From assembly GCA_963835575.1 (NCBI GenBank), contig CAWIGG010000002.1:1824001-1888000 (forward strand): 64,000 nucleotides of DNA, given 5' to 3'. Made by a program: the position numbers and the translations under genes. A model generated the notes under the pieces. It was given only the letters and a program-made list of their open reading frames with translations. It was not told the DNA's origin and did not search any database. Positions within the stretch are counted from its first letter, which is position 1. Each line of letters starts with the position of its first letter. Of this stretch, positions 39,338-49,059 are shown in pieces. The stretch is from an uncultured Spirochaetota bacterium (lineage in GTDB: Bacteria > Spirochaetota > Brevinematia > Brevinematales > JAOACQ01).

Positions 39338-40252
39338 GTGAATAAAAGCATAACAAAGACAGAAATTGTTTTTCCCTTTGTAATTCTCTTTATATTTATC
39401 GCCTCGAGTGCCGGGATGTGGTTCTATACAAAAAACGGCTTCTTCTTCTTTGACCTGCCATACATCGGCTTTTCAATTTTTTTAGGAATGATGCTCAATA
39501 CTTTTCTGCCTCTTAGACACAAGGGATGGGGCAGAAGGATCACACAGCTCCTGGTCGGGTTTTATTTTCTCTATTTTCTCGGCTTTGTGCTGAAAGTAAA
39601 CATGCAGATTGAGGGATTCTTTTTCTTTATCTTTATGGGCATCTTCAGCGGCCCAACCCTGCACTATTCCATCGCCAAGATCTTCGGCCCTCTCGTTTTC
39701 GGCAGGGGCTTCTGCGGATGGGCATGCTGGACGGCGATGGTCCTGGATTTTCTTCCCTGGAAAAAAACGTCAATCAGGAAAAGATATTTCGGGATATTCC
39801 GCTATATCCATTTTCTGCTTTCATTAAGCCTCACTTTCATTTTGTTTTTTATTTTAAAAGCGTCGCCCGGTGATTATACAATTACCGCACTCTACTGGTT
39901 TGTAACCGGCAATCTGCTTTATTACGCGATTGCCGTAACCATTGCCGTGATACTGAAAGACAACCGGGCATTCTGCAAGTATGTCTGCCCTATCCCGACC
40001 CTGCAGAAGATCACCTCACGTTTCGCTGTTTTTAAACTGAAAGTGGATAACGGCAGATGTAATCAATGCGGCGTCTGCGAAAAATCCTGCCCGATGAATA
40101 TAAAAATCCTGGATTACGCGAAAAAAAATAAAAGGATTCTCTCAACAGAATGCATTCTCTGTACAACCTGCACCGGTGTCTGCCCCAAAAAAGCGGTCCA
40201 TATCACGGCCGGTTTTGACGCCGGTATAAAAGAAAAACTGAGTATAGAATAG
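39338..40252 (+). CDS. Membrane 4Fe-4S protein (NapH/MauN-like)
   Basis: GRGFCGWAC, FCKYVCP, two CxxCxxCxxxCP motifs. Confidence 0.88.
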   Translation: MNKSITKTEIVFPFVILFIFIASSAGMWFYTKNGFFFFDLPYIGFSIFLGMMLNTFLPLRHKGWGRRITQLLVGFYFLYFLGFVLKVNMQIEGFFFFIFMGIFSGPTLHYSIAKIFGPLVFGRGFCGWACWTAMVLDFLPWKKTSIRKRYFGIFRYIHFLLSLSLTFILFFILKASPGDYTITALYWFVTGNLLYYAIAVTIAVILKDNRAFCKYVCPIPTLQKITSRFAVFKLKVDNGRCNQCGVCEKSCPMNIKILDYAKKNKRILSTECILCTTCTGVCPKKAVHITAGFDAGIKEKLSIE

Positions 40253-40271
40253 TATAAAAAGGAGATAAAAT

Positions 40272-41651
40272 ATGAAGATCATAGTTTTAAACGGCAGCCC
40301 AAAGGGAAATATGAGCGTAACAATGCAGTACATTCATTACGCTCAGAAAATATTTCCCCGGCATGAACTAAAAATTATCAATATTGCCTCATCCATAACA
40401 AAAATTGAAAGAGACAGGCCGGCCTTTGACGCTATTATAAGAGAAATTAATAAAGCCGACGGCGTGCTCTGGGCATTCCCGCTCTATTATTGGATAGTTC
40501 ATTCCGGCTATATGCGCTTTATCGAACTGATCCGGGAAAGAGGCGTTAAAAAAGTTTTTAAAGACAAGTACGCGGCTGCATTTTCGACTTCGATCCATTT
40601 TTTTGATAACACGGCCCATAACTATATGCATGCCGTCTGCGACGATCTCGACATGAAATACACCGGTTTTTACTCAGCGGACATGCATGATCTTCTGGAC
40701 GCAAAAATGAGAGTTCAGATCACAGCCTTTTTTGAGGATTTCTTTTCCGCGATTGAAAATAAAGTTCCTTCAACAAAAGCCTATCTGCCGGTCAATTATT
40801 CGCCGAAAAAATACATTCCCGGCGCAGTGAAAAATAAAATTAATACTTCGGATAAAAGAATCCTCATTATTACAGATTACACTGATAAAGACACAAATTT
40901 AAAAGGGATGGCCCTTCGCTTAAAAGATTCATTTAAACAGCCGGCCCGGATTATCAATATAAATGATATTTCAATCAAAGGCGGGTGCCTCGGCTGCATC
41001 CAGTGCGGGTTTGATAATAAATGCGTCTACGGCGATAATGACGACATCAAAAAAGTCTATAATACGGAAATAAAAAACTCGGATGTCCTCATATACGCGC
41101 TTAAAATCACCGGCAGATATTTTTCTTCCCGCTTTAAGATGTTCCTCGACAGGAGCTTCCTCAACACCCATCAGCCGCGGAATATCGGCAAGCAGATCGC
41201 CTTTGTCATTTCAGGGCCGCTGGCTCAAAATCCGAATGTCCGTGAAATTGTTCAGGCCTACGCCGAATTGACCGGAGGGAATTTTAACGGCATCATAACG
41301 GACGAAGCGCCCAATCCGGCGGAAATCGACGGCCTGCTGGACAGCCTGGCTCTTAAACTTGTCTCTTCCGCGGTCAGGAATACCATTAAACCGATGACCT
41401 TTCTCGGCGTCGGCGGCTTAAAAATATTCAGGGATGACCTTTTTGCGAATCTCAAATTCGCTTTTCAGGGCGACTACAAGTATTATAAAAAGCATGGGCT
41501 TTTTGATTTTCCGCAGAAGAATTTCAGGATAAGGCTTTTTAACTTTTTTATGATCCCGTTCTCTAAAATTCCGCCAGTCAGAGAATCCATCCGGAAAGAC
41601 ATGAAAAAGCATATGATTGAACCGTATCAAAAAATCATGAATACAATTTAA
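40272..41651 (+). CDS. Tandem-flavodoxin NAD(P)H-dependent oxidoreductase (iron-sulfur flavoprotein-like)
   Basis: LNGSPKG, FPLYY, GCLGCIQC..C. Confidence 0.82.
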   Translation: MKIIVLNGSPKGNMSVTMQYIHYAQKIFPRHELKIINIASSITKIERDRPAFDAIIREINKADGVLWAFPLYYWIVHSGYMRFIELIRERGVKKVFKDKYAAAFSTSIHFFDNTAHNYMHAVCDDLDMKYTGFYSADMHDLLDAKMRVQITAFFEDFFSAIENKVPSTKAYLPVNYSPKKYIPGAVKNKINTSDKRILIITDYTDKDTNLKGMALRLKDSFKQPARIININDISIKGGCLGCIQCGFDNKCVYGDNDDIKKVYNTEIKNSDVLIYALKITGRYFSSRFKMFLDRSFLNTHQPRNIGKQIAFVISGPLAQNPNVREIVQAYAELTGGNFNGIITDEAPNPAEIDGLLDSLALKLVSSAVRNTIKPMTFLGVGGLKIFRDDLFANLKFAFQGDYKYYKKHGLFDFPQKNFRIRLFNFFMIPFSKIPPVRESIRKDMKKHMIEPYQKIMNTI

Positions 41652-41666
41652 CGGGAATAGCATATT

Positions 41667-42482
41667 ATGGAGATGCCTATGAACAAAAAATTAATCAGCC
41701 AGGGCAGGACCGCTGAAGTATATGATATCGGTAATAACAGAATTGTAAAATTATTCAGAAATAATTTTCCTTCCCGGGCAATTGAAGATGAATACAATAT
41801 CTCCCTCATGCTTAACACATCAGGTCTGAGCGTGCCGGAATTCTTTGAAAGAAATAAAACAGACGGCAGGACCGGCCTGGTTTTTGAAAAGATAAACGGA
41901 ACATCCATGTTGAATCTAATGTTTATGAAGCCATGGCGCATCAAATACTACGCCAGGAAAATGGCTGAAATTCACGCTCAAATTCATACAAAGAAACTCG
42001 ATGGGATTCCGGAATTAAAGACAAGGCTGGAATATTTTATCAATCGGACGGATGAGATATCTGATAAAATAAAAGAACCTGTCATAAAGTACCTGCGTCA
42101 ACTCATAACAAACGGGACTTTATGCCACGGCGACATGCATCCGGAGAATATTTTAATATCAAAGGACCGCTATTATATCATCGACTGGATGACGGCAGCG
42201 TCAGGATGCCCGGAGGCCGATGTCGCCCGGACTCTGGTTATTTTGAGGTACAGCAAGGTGCCCAGGAAAATCCCTTTGATATTCAGGATACTGGCTTCCA
42301 TCTCTAAAAATTTATTATGCGGCGCTTATTTAAAGCATTATCTCAAAATAAGCAGACTAAGCCTTGCCGAAATCAACAAATGGCTGCTGCCCACCGCCGC
42401 TGCCAGGCTTTTCGAGAACGGCCCGAATGAAGAAAAAACGGCGCTCAAAAAACTTGTCATGAAAGAATTAAACCGCTATTGA
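41667..42482 (+). CDS. Aminoglycoside phosphotransferase-like kinase
   Basis: GRTAEVY, LCHGDMHPENI, IIDW. Confidence 0.88.
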   Translation: MEMPMNKKLISQGRTAEVYDIGNNRIVKLFRNNFPSRAIEDEYNISLMLNTSGLSVPEFFERNKTDGRTGLVFEKINGTSMLNLMFMKPWRIKYYARKMAEIHAQIHTKKLDGIPELKTRLEYFINRTDEISDKIKEPVIKYLRQLITNGTLCHGDMHPENILISKDRYYIIDWMTAASGCPEADVARTLVILRYSKVPRKIPLIFRILASISKNLLCGAYLKHYLKISRLSLAEINKWLLPTAAARLFENGPNEEKTALKKLVMKELNRY

Positions 42483-42588
42483 CAGCGCGTTTCCCGGCAG
42501 GGTATAATTTTTCCCGGCAGGAATAATAATTCTTTATAAAATTGTTATGATCCCTGGCTTGTAAATTTGATATTCTGCGAGGTGACAA

Positions 42589-43395
42589 ATGAAACGTGAT
42601 TTTAAAAGCCGGCCCAGGGTCGGGGCTCTTGTGGACAGGAATCCCGATGACGCCAGCAGGACCGCCAAGAGAGCGGCCAGGACCCTCGGCAGCTCATCCT
42701 TCGGCTCTGTTGTCTTAAGCATGGTCGGCGGTTATGTGGATACGTCCGGTTTTATCCTTCTTTTCGGCCTCTTTACCGCTCATGTCACCGGAGACCTTAT
42801 AACGGCCGCCGCGGCCATAACCCAGGGACCGGACAGGGGCGCCTGGGTTCGCCTGACCATGATCCCGGTCTTTATCGTAACAGTCGGGCTTATCACGCTC
42901 TTTACGCGCGCCATCCGCAGACGCGGCGCCGAGACCGTCGCGCCTCTACTCGCTTTGATGACCGTCGCCCTCGCGCTATTCGGCGCGTCGGGCTATTACC
43001 TCCAGCCGTATGCCAGGAAGGCCGGCGCTGTGGCCGTCGCTGTAATAGGCGGATTGGGCGTCGCCGCTATGGGCATCCAGAACGCGCTGATGAAGGGCGC
43101 CCTGCGGAGCTTTGCCCAGACGACGCTTATGACAGGCAACCTTACGCAGTTCACAATCGATCTTACCGACTTCCTTTTTCCTGCGGCACCAAAGGAGAAT
43201 AAAAGGGAACGCTCTCAATTGCGGCGTATCGCGGGGATACATTTGAATAAATCCGGCCTGCCGCTCCTCGGCTTTTTGGCCGGCGCCGCGCTCGGCGCAT
43301 GGCTCACAAAGCTCTACGGATTCCTTTCCATTGCCGCGCCGACCGGAGCCGTGGCATTACTCAGCCTGATCGCGGCCGTGAGGTCGAGAAAATAA
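42589..43395 (+). CDS. YoaK/DUF1275-family membrane protein
   Basis: GGYVD, FTAHVTG, AMGIQNA, TTLMTGNLT. Confidence 0.9.
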   Translation: MKRDFKSRPRVGALVDRNPDDASRTAKRAARTLGSSSFGSVVLSMVGGYVDTSGFILLFGLFTAHVTGDLITAAAAITQGPDRGAWVRLTMIPVFIVTVGLITLFTRAIRRRGAETVAPLLALMTVALALFGASGYYLQPYARKAGAVAVAVIGGLGVAAMGIQNALMKGALRSFAQTTLMTGNLTQFTIDLTDFLFPAAPKENKRERSQLRRIAGIHLNKSGLPLLGFLAGAALGAWLTKLYGFLSIAAPTGAVALLSLIAAVRSRK

Positions 43396-43704
43396 TGAGA
43401 TTAATAAATCTATTCTTTTTAGTTTTATTATCACGCAAAGCCTGCACTGAGCTAGCCGAATGTGACGAAAAGCCCGCAAAGTTTCAATCAATAAAATTAG
43501 TGAACCCCATTCTCCTCGACCTCTGCGTCTCTGCGGTGAAATAAATACTTTTACTAACCAACTGTCTTAAATAATAACTAAATCCTCATAAATCCGTCTC
43601 ATCTGTGCAATTTTGTGAAATTGGGGACAGCATAATGGTTTCATTTTTTTGCCTTATTCATTATTTTCTTTTAAAATAATTCCAGAAGTTTTAAAGAGGA
43701 ATTT

Positions 43705-43809
43705 ATGTACTCTGCCGCAGACAGAATTTTAAGAACAACATCAAAGCCCGCTCATAAGATTGTCAATCAGAACCGGCGCAGCCTGTCTGCATGGAGTCCT
43801 GTTTTATAA
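43705..43809 (+). CDS. Putative 34-aa leader peptide MYSAADRILRTTSKPAHKIVNQNRRSLSAWSPVL
   Basis: GAGGA SD; ORF ends inside a hairpin immediately before a terminator. Confidence 0.55.
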   Translation: MYSAADRILRTTSKPAHKIVNQNRRSLSAWSPVL

Positions 43810-43828
43810 AAAATAAAACAGGATAAAT

Positions 43829-43870
43829 CAAAACCCGCAGGCTTCCCGCCAGCGGGTTTTTTTATTTTTT
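43829..43870 (+). terminator. Intrinsic terminator/attenuator in the 5' leader of the 43881 operon
   Basis: aaaacccgc-aggcttcccgcca-gcgggttttttt; ends just before AGGAGG. Confidence 0.8.
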
Positions 43871-43880
43871 AGGAGGTATT

Positions 43881-44564
43881 ATGTTAAAGGCAAAACAAAT
43901 CAAAAAAATCGCCGCAAAACTCGGCGCTGACATCTGCGGGATCGCATCCGCCGGGCGTTTCAATGGAGCGCCGGAGGGATATCACCCGAAGGACATTTAT
44001 AGTGACGCGAAATCCGTGATCGCTTTCGCGAAGAGATTCCCTGTTTCCGCTCTTTCTTCGAATTCCTTCGCTCCCTACACTGTTTTCTCAGATATTGTAC
44101 GAGAAGAAGTCTCGAAAATAGCCCTTCAACTGTCCTATATAATAGAAGACAGCAGCGGCGTCGGAATACCCATACCTTCATCACCCTACACTTACTACGA
44201 TGAAGCGAAAAAAGAAGGCCGCGGGACCTTGTCGTTCCGGCATGCCGGTTATCTGGCGGGCCTGGGCTTCCTTGGTAAAAACACACTGCTTGTTAATAAG
44301 AAATACGGTAATATGATTACACTTGGGGCCGTCATCACAAACCTGGAACTGGAAAGCGATTCTATCGTTGATTACAACTACTGCCGGGAAAGCTGCTTGC
44401 TCTGTCTTAAAAATTGTCCCTCAAAAGCGCTGGACGGCACAACCGTCAATCAGAAGCTCTGCCGGGAAAACTCGGAGTTTATAAACAAAAAAGGGGATGT
44501 ATTTTACTCATGCGGCCGCTGCAGGACGGTGTGCCCGTATAAAACAGGATATAAAATAAATTAA
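43881..44564 (+). CDS. QueG-like/reductive-dehalogenase-like 4Fe-4S protein
   Basis: GADICGIA, SFRHAGYLAGLG..GKN, CRESCLLCLKNCP, CGRCRTVCP. Confidence 0.8.
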   Translation: MLKAKQIKKIAAKLGADICGIASAGRFNGAPEGYHPKDIYSDAKSVIAFAKRFPVSALSSNSFAPYTVFSDIVREEVSKIALQLSYIIEDSSGVGIPIPSSPYTYYDEAKKEGRGTLSFRHAGYLAGLGFLGKNTLLVNKKYGNMITLGAVITNLELESDSIVDYNYCRESCLLCLKNCPSKALDGTTVNQKLCRENSEFINKKGDVFYSCGRCRTVCPYKTGYKIN

Positions 44565-44599
44565 TTCACATCAAATATAATAATGGAAGCGGTTTGTTT

Positions 44600-45331
44600 A
44601 TGAAGGCATATAATTATCAGATCTGGAAGCTGCCGGATATAGTCAAAAATTATTTATCCGGCAGCAGGCTGGCTTTCCCCGGCGCTGTACAGCAGATCGA
44701 ACAGATGCTTAAATTGATTAATTATAATTCAAGCGCTGTTAATTCATTTCTCGATCTGGGCTGCGGCGACGGATTATTAGGTGCTTCAGTACTGGAGAAA
44801 TATCCGGGTTCCAGAGGCGTGTTTCTGGATTTTTCCGGGGAAATGCTTTCTTCCGCTAAAGAGAGGATGAAACAATTTAATAAAAGGATTAAACTGATCA
44901 ATTATGATTACAGTAATCCGGAGTGGACTGTAAAAGTCAATCCTTATGCTCCGTTTGATGTCATAATTACCGGCTATTCTATCCACCATCAGCCGGATAT
45001 CAGAAAAAAAGGGATATATTCTGAAATATACGGTCTTCTTCGGTCAGGCGGGATTTTTCTCAATATTGAACATGTCAAGGCCGGAAGCGTGTGGATCGAG
45101 CGTGTTCACAATGAAAACTTCATTGATGCTTTATATGAATATCAGAAAAATGCCGGCCCCCCAAAAACAAGGGATGAAATATCCAATGATTTTTATACCC
45201 GGGGCGATAAGCAGGCAAACATACTAACCCCGGTCGAAACTCAATGCGGTTGGCTCCGGGATATTGGTTTTAAGGATGTTGACTGTTATTTTAAGATTTT
45301 TGAAATGTCCCTGTTCGGAGGAAGAAAATAA
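44600..45331 (+). CDS. Class I SAM-dependent methyltransferase
   Basis: FLDLGCGDG, LDFSGEML, YSIHH. Confidence 0.9.
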   Translation: MKAYNYQIWKLPDIVKNYLSGSRLAFPGAVQQIEQMLKLINYNSSAVNSFLDLGCGDGLLGASVLEKYPGSRGVFLDFSGEMLSSAKERMKQFNKRIKLINYDYSNPEWTVKVNPYAPFDVIITGYSIHHQPDIRKKGIYSEIYGLLRSGGIFLNIEHVKAGSVWIERVHNENFIDALYEYQKNAGPPKTRDEISNDFYTRGDKQANILTPVETQCGWLRDIGFKDVDCYFKIFEMSLFGGRK

Positions 45332-45379
45332 ATTGGGTTTTTTACTCATTCCATTTAAAATAATTCTGGAGGAAGTTAA

Positions 45380-46128
45380 ATGTCCGATTCCATCAGACGT
45401 TTTTCAAACCGGGCCGATGATTATGTTAAATACAGGCCGGGCTATCCCCCGGAGATTATTGATTTACTCAGAAAGGAAATTCAACTCACCCCTCGGCAGG
45501 TTATCGCTGATATCGGCTCAGGAACAGAAATATCATCAGAGATGTTTCTAAAAAACGGCAATATTGTCTGCGGCATAGAGCCCAATAAGGAAATGAGGTC
45601 CGCAGCCGAAAAATCTCTAAAAGAATACAAATATTTCATCGGCATTGACGGGCAGGCTGAGAAAACTCAATTAAACGAAAGATCGATTGATATAATCATA
45701 GCCGCTCAATCATTCCACTGGTTTGACCGGAAAAGAATAAAAAAAGAATGGCCAAGGATTTTAAAAATAGACGGATATGTGGTATTATTATGGAACGAAA
45801 GAAAAAGAACCGGCAGTCAGTTCCTGGCCGGATATGAGCTTCTGATAAAGAAATTCGCGAAGGATTATGAAAAGGTCAGGCACTTAAATATCGACAGCAG
45901 TATTTTCAGGGATTTTTTCAAATCCGGTTCTTATGAAACGGTTCAATTTAAAAATGAACAGGTTTTCGGCTTCGAAGGATTGAAAGGCCGGGCTTTATCA
46001 TCATCCTATATGCCGGCCGAAGGCGAAGTCGGTCATGAAATGAACTGAAAGCCCTGTTTAACCGGTGTAATGAAGATGGAAAAATACGATTAGAATATGA
46101 CGTAAAAGTTTATTGGGGAGAAATTTAA
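45380..46128 (+). pseudogene. Class I SAM methyltransferase, frameshifted near the 3' end
   Basis: YVKYRPGYP, ADIGSGTEIS, AQSFHWF; ORF stops at 46048, while a family-like tail ELKALFNRCNEDGKIRLEYDVKVYWGEI continues in another frame to TAA at 46128. Confidence 0.7.
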
Positions 46129-46148
46129 TAAGCTGAAAGGAGATTTAT

Positions 46149-46520
46149 ATGAGTTCAAAATATTTGATGCCCGGCTTATTAATTATCATTTATATTATTC
46201 TGATGTTCCTCATCAAATCATTAAGGGATAAATTGATCCTATCCATTCCGTTATTTTCTCATGGCTTTTCTTTTATTTTAGTCTGCCTGTCTGTATTATT
46301 GAAACGGCCGGTATTGCTGGTCTCAATTTTCGCCTACCTGGTTTTATTTTCTTTGATCATTTGTTTTTTACTGGGCGTCATATTGCTATTTTTTATAAAA
46401 AAGGAAAACAAAAATCTATTGAATTACTCATTATTATCAGCATTCAGCCTGCTGAACGGAATTATTTTATTCCCGGCTTTCATAGTTTATGATGTATTTA
46501 TTTCCGGGCATTTTTTATAA
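46149..46520 (+). CDS. Hypothetical membrane protein
   Basis: Very hydrophobic ORF with AGGAG SD. Confidence 0.6.
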   Translation: MSSKYLMPGLLIIIYIILMFLIKSLRDKLILSIPLFSHGFSFILVCLSVLLKRPVLLVSIFAYLVLFSLIICFLLGVILLFFIKKENKNLLNYSLLSAFSLLNGIILFPAFIVYDVFISGHFL

Positions 46521-46596
46521 ATTTAAATAATCCAAAAGTTTTTTGTAAAAAATATTTTAAAGATATTCCATTTATATTCAAATTAAGGGGATCCAT

Positions 46597-47274
46597 ATTA
46601 AATACAAGGGCATCATTTTCGACTTCAACGGCACGCTCCTATGGGACTCTGAATTCCATGACGAAGCCTGGAATATCATGTCATTTGAACTCAGAGGCCG
46701 TCCGTTCACATTCGATGAACTTCACCTGAATATGTACGGAATGACAAACAGAGACATCATAGAATATCTTATGCAGAAGAAGCCTGATGAAAAGACATTT
46801 TTGGAACTTTCCCGAAAAAAAGAAGAACTTTACAGAAAAATGTGCCTGTCACATCCCGATAAGTTCCTATTCGCGGAAGGCGTTACCCACTTTCTCGATT
46901 TTTTAAAAGAAAATCAAATTCCCCGCACTATTGCGACAGCTTCAGGCCGGGATAATGTAGAGTTTTTTAACCGGCATTTAAAATTAGAAAAATGGTTTGA
47001 TATAGACTCAATCATTTATGACAACGGCTCGATTCCGGGAAAACCCGCGCCGGATTTTTATCTCTTGGCGGCGGACAAGATAAGGTTAAAACCCTTCGAA
47101 TGCGTCGTCATTGAAGATTCGGCCGCCGGGCTTCTTTCCGCTGAAAGAGCTGGGATCGGAAAGATAATCGCGCTGGTTTCCGATCCGGAAACAAATACCA
47201 TGGAAAAGATGGATAGAATATCTCAAATCATTCATAATTTTAAAAGTATTGATTACTATGAGGTTTTTAATTAA
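46597..47274 (+). CDS. HAD-family phosphatase, apparent ATT start
   Basis: Motif I (IIFDFNGTL) lies in frame upstream of ATG 46678; GKPAPD and IEDS motifs. Confidence 0.8.
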   Translation: MKYKGIIFDFNGTLLWDSEFHDEAWNIMSFELRGRPFTFDELHLNMYGMTNRDIIEYLMQKKPDEKTFLELSRKKEELYRKMCLSHPDKFLFAEGVTHFLDFLKENQIPRTIATASGRDNVEFFNRHLKLEKWFDIDSIIYDNGSIPGKPAPDFYLLAADKIRLKPFECVVIEDSAAGLLSAERAGIGKIIALVSDPETNTMEKMDRISQIIHNFKSIDYYEVFN

Positions 47275-47313
47275 AATATACTTAAGAAAAAATAAAAACA
47301 TACGGGTATATTT

Positions 47314-48225
47314 ATGGAAAATTTTTCTGATATCATTATTTCAGAAAGCGCCAAGAAAAACAGTGTGCTGGTCGTAGGGCTTGACCCCGATTTGTCCAAC
47401 TTTCCTCATTTTATTACATACCAGGTTGACACGCATAACCTGGAAACTATTGAAAACGCCATCGTTCATTTTAATACGATTGTCATTGACAGTGTTTATC
47501 CGCACGCGCTGGCTGTTAAGACTCAGCTTGCCTATTATGAACTATACGGCAGTTACGGCATCAGGGGCCTCGAAAAAACCATCAAATACGCAAAATCAAA
47601 AGGCCTGATCGTCATCAATGACGCCAAGAGGGGAGACATCGATTCGACTTCCGCCGCCTACGCGAAGGCTTTTTTATCCGGCGGCCCGCTTACCGGCGAT
47701 ATGATGACAGTTAACCCATTTATGGGATCGGACAGCTACTGGCCGTTTATAGAAGAAGCGGAAAAGAATAAAAAAGGTATTTTTTTACTTCTAAAAACAT
47801 CCAATCCTTCATCCGATGATTTTCAGAACCAGATTTTAAAAAGCGGCAAAAAATTTTACGCTTATATGGCCGAACAGTTTTATGATCTTACCTATAAAAC
47901 AATCGGCAGGAATGGATACTCCTACATCGGCTTTGTTGTCGGGGCTTCTCAGCCCGAAGCCGCAAAAGAAATCAGAAAGATGCTCCCCTATTCTCTATTT
48001 TTAGTACCCGGCTTCGGTTTTCAGGGCGGCAAAGCGGACAAACTCGGCTTTTATTTCAGCAGCCAGGGAAACGGCGCATTGATTTCCTCCACAAGGGCCA
48101 TCATTTACTGCTATAAAATGGAATTCCCGGGGAAATCCATAACAGAAGAAGAAATGAAAAAATGCATCGGCGCGAAAGCGCTAAAAGACAATGCGGATTT
48201 AAACAAAGTCAGAAAACAAATTTAA
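47314..48225 (+). CDS. pyrF: Orotidine-5'-phosphate decarboxylase
   Basis: VGLDP, DAKRGDI, TVNPFMG, KTSNP, VVGA, LVPGFGFQGG. Confidence 0.95.
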   Translation: MENFSDIIISESAKKNSVLVVGLDPDLSNFPHFITYQVDTHNLETIENAIVHFNTIVIDSVYPHALAVKTQLAYYELYGSYGIRGLEKTIKYAKSKGLIVINDAKRGDIDSTSAAYAKAFLSGGPLTGDMMTVNPFMGSDSYWPFIEEAEKNKKGIFLLLKTSNPSSDDFQNQILKSGKKFYAYMAEQFYDLTYKTIGRNGYSYIGFVVGASQPEAAKEIRKMLPYSLFLVPGFGFQGGKADKLGFYFSSQGNGALISSTRAIIYCYKMEFPGKSITEEEMKKCIGAKALKDNADLNKVRKQI

Positions 48226-48241
48226 CAGCAGGCTATTTTAT

Positions 48242-48835
48242 ATGAAGGCAATCGTCATAGTAGCGCATCCTGATAAAAAAAGCTTTAATCATGTGATCGC
48301 CGAAACAGCGGCGGAAGCACTTCATGAAATGGATTATTCTGTTATATTTCATGACCTTTACAGCGAAAAGTTTGATGCTCTTCTGCCCTCACATGAAATA
48401 CTGAAAAGCGGAAAGTTGGATAGTAAAATAATTAAATACTGCGATGAGTTAATCAGTGCCGACGGTATTATTTTTGTCCATCCCAACTGGTGGGGACAGC
48501 CGCCCGCGATTCTGAAAGGCTACATCGACCGTGTATTCCGTCCCGGCATAGCTTATGAATTCGAGGAAGGCGACAGCGGCGAAGGAATTCCAATAGGATT
48601 ATTAAAGGGTAAAACCGGCCTTGTTTTCAACACATCCAACACACTTCAGGAAAGGGAAATAAGTTTCTTCGGCGACCCTCTCGATCTGATCTGGAAAAAA
48701 TGCCTGTTTGAATTCTGCGGCATCACTCATTATCAAAGAAAGATGTTCAATGTAATCGTCACCAGCACTCTGGAACAAAGGCAAAAATGGCTTGAGGAAA
48801 CCGGAGAAACAGTCGCGGAATATTTTCAAAACTAA
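48242..48835 (+). CDS. NAD(P)H dehydrogenase (quinone), flavodoxin-fold
   Basis: AHPDKKSFN, HDLY, PNWWGQPPAILKGYIDRV. Confidence 0.92.
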   Translation: MKAIVIVAHPDKKSFNHVIAETAAEALHEMDYSVIFHDLYSEKFDALLPSHEILKSGKLDSKIIKYCDELISADGIIFVHPNWWGQPPAILKGYIDRVFRPGIAYEFEEGDSGEGIPIGLLKGKTGLVFNTSNTLQEREISFFGDPLDLIWKKCLFEFCGITHYQRKMFNVIVTSTLEQRQKWLEETGETVAEYFQN

Positions 48836-48991
48836 CCGCTTTTTTAAGTCCCGGCAGTAATTTCACGGGCAGCCGGTTTAAATCAGAAATTGACATCTTG
48901 ATATCCAAATGATAATTATTTCCCTTTGACCGATCCAATTTATACTATGTTACACATTTTAAATATGTATAAAATATTTGCATCAGAACTA

Positions 48992-49049
48992 TTGACAAAC
49001 GGATTTCATCGTGTTACAATATATGCACAAGTATATATTTTGAGTAACA
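48992..49049 (+). promoter_or_regulatory. Sigma-70 promoter with candidate operator TGTTAC-N26-GTAACA
   Basis: TTGACA-N17-TACAAT (48992-49020); inverted half-sites at 49012-49017 and 49044-49049. Confidence 0.6.
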
Positions 49050-49059
49050 GGATAATTTT

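Noticed and set aside
43881..44564. Calling this gene queG
   Set aside because: Much shorter than canonical QueG, and QueH is present at 29136; left as QueG-like
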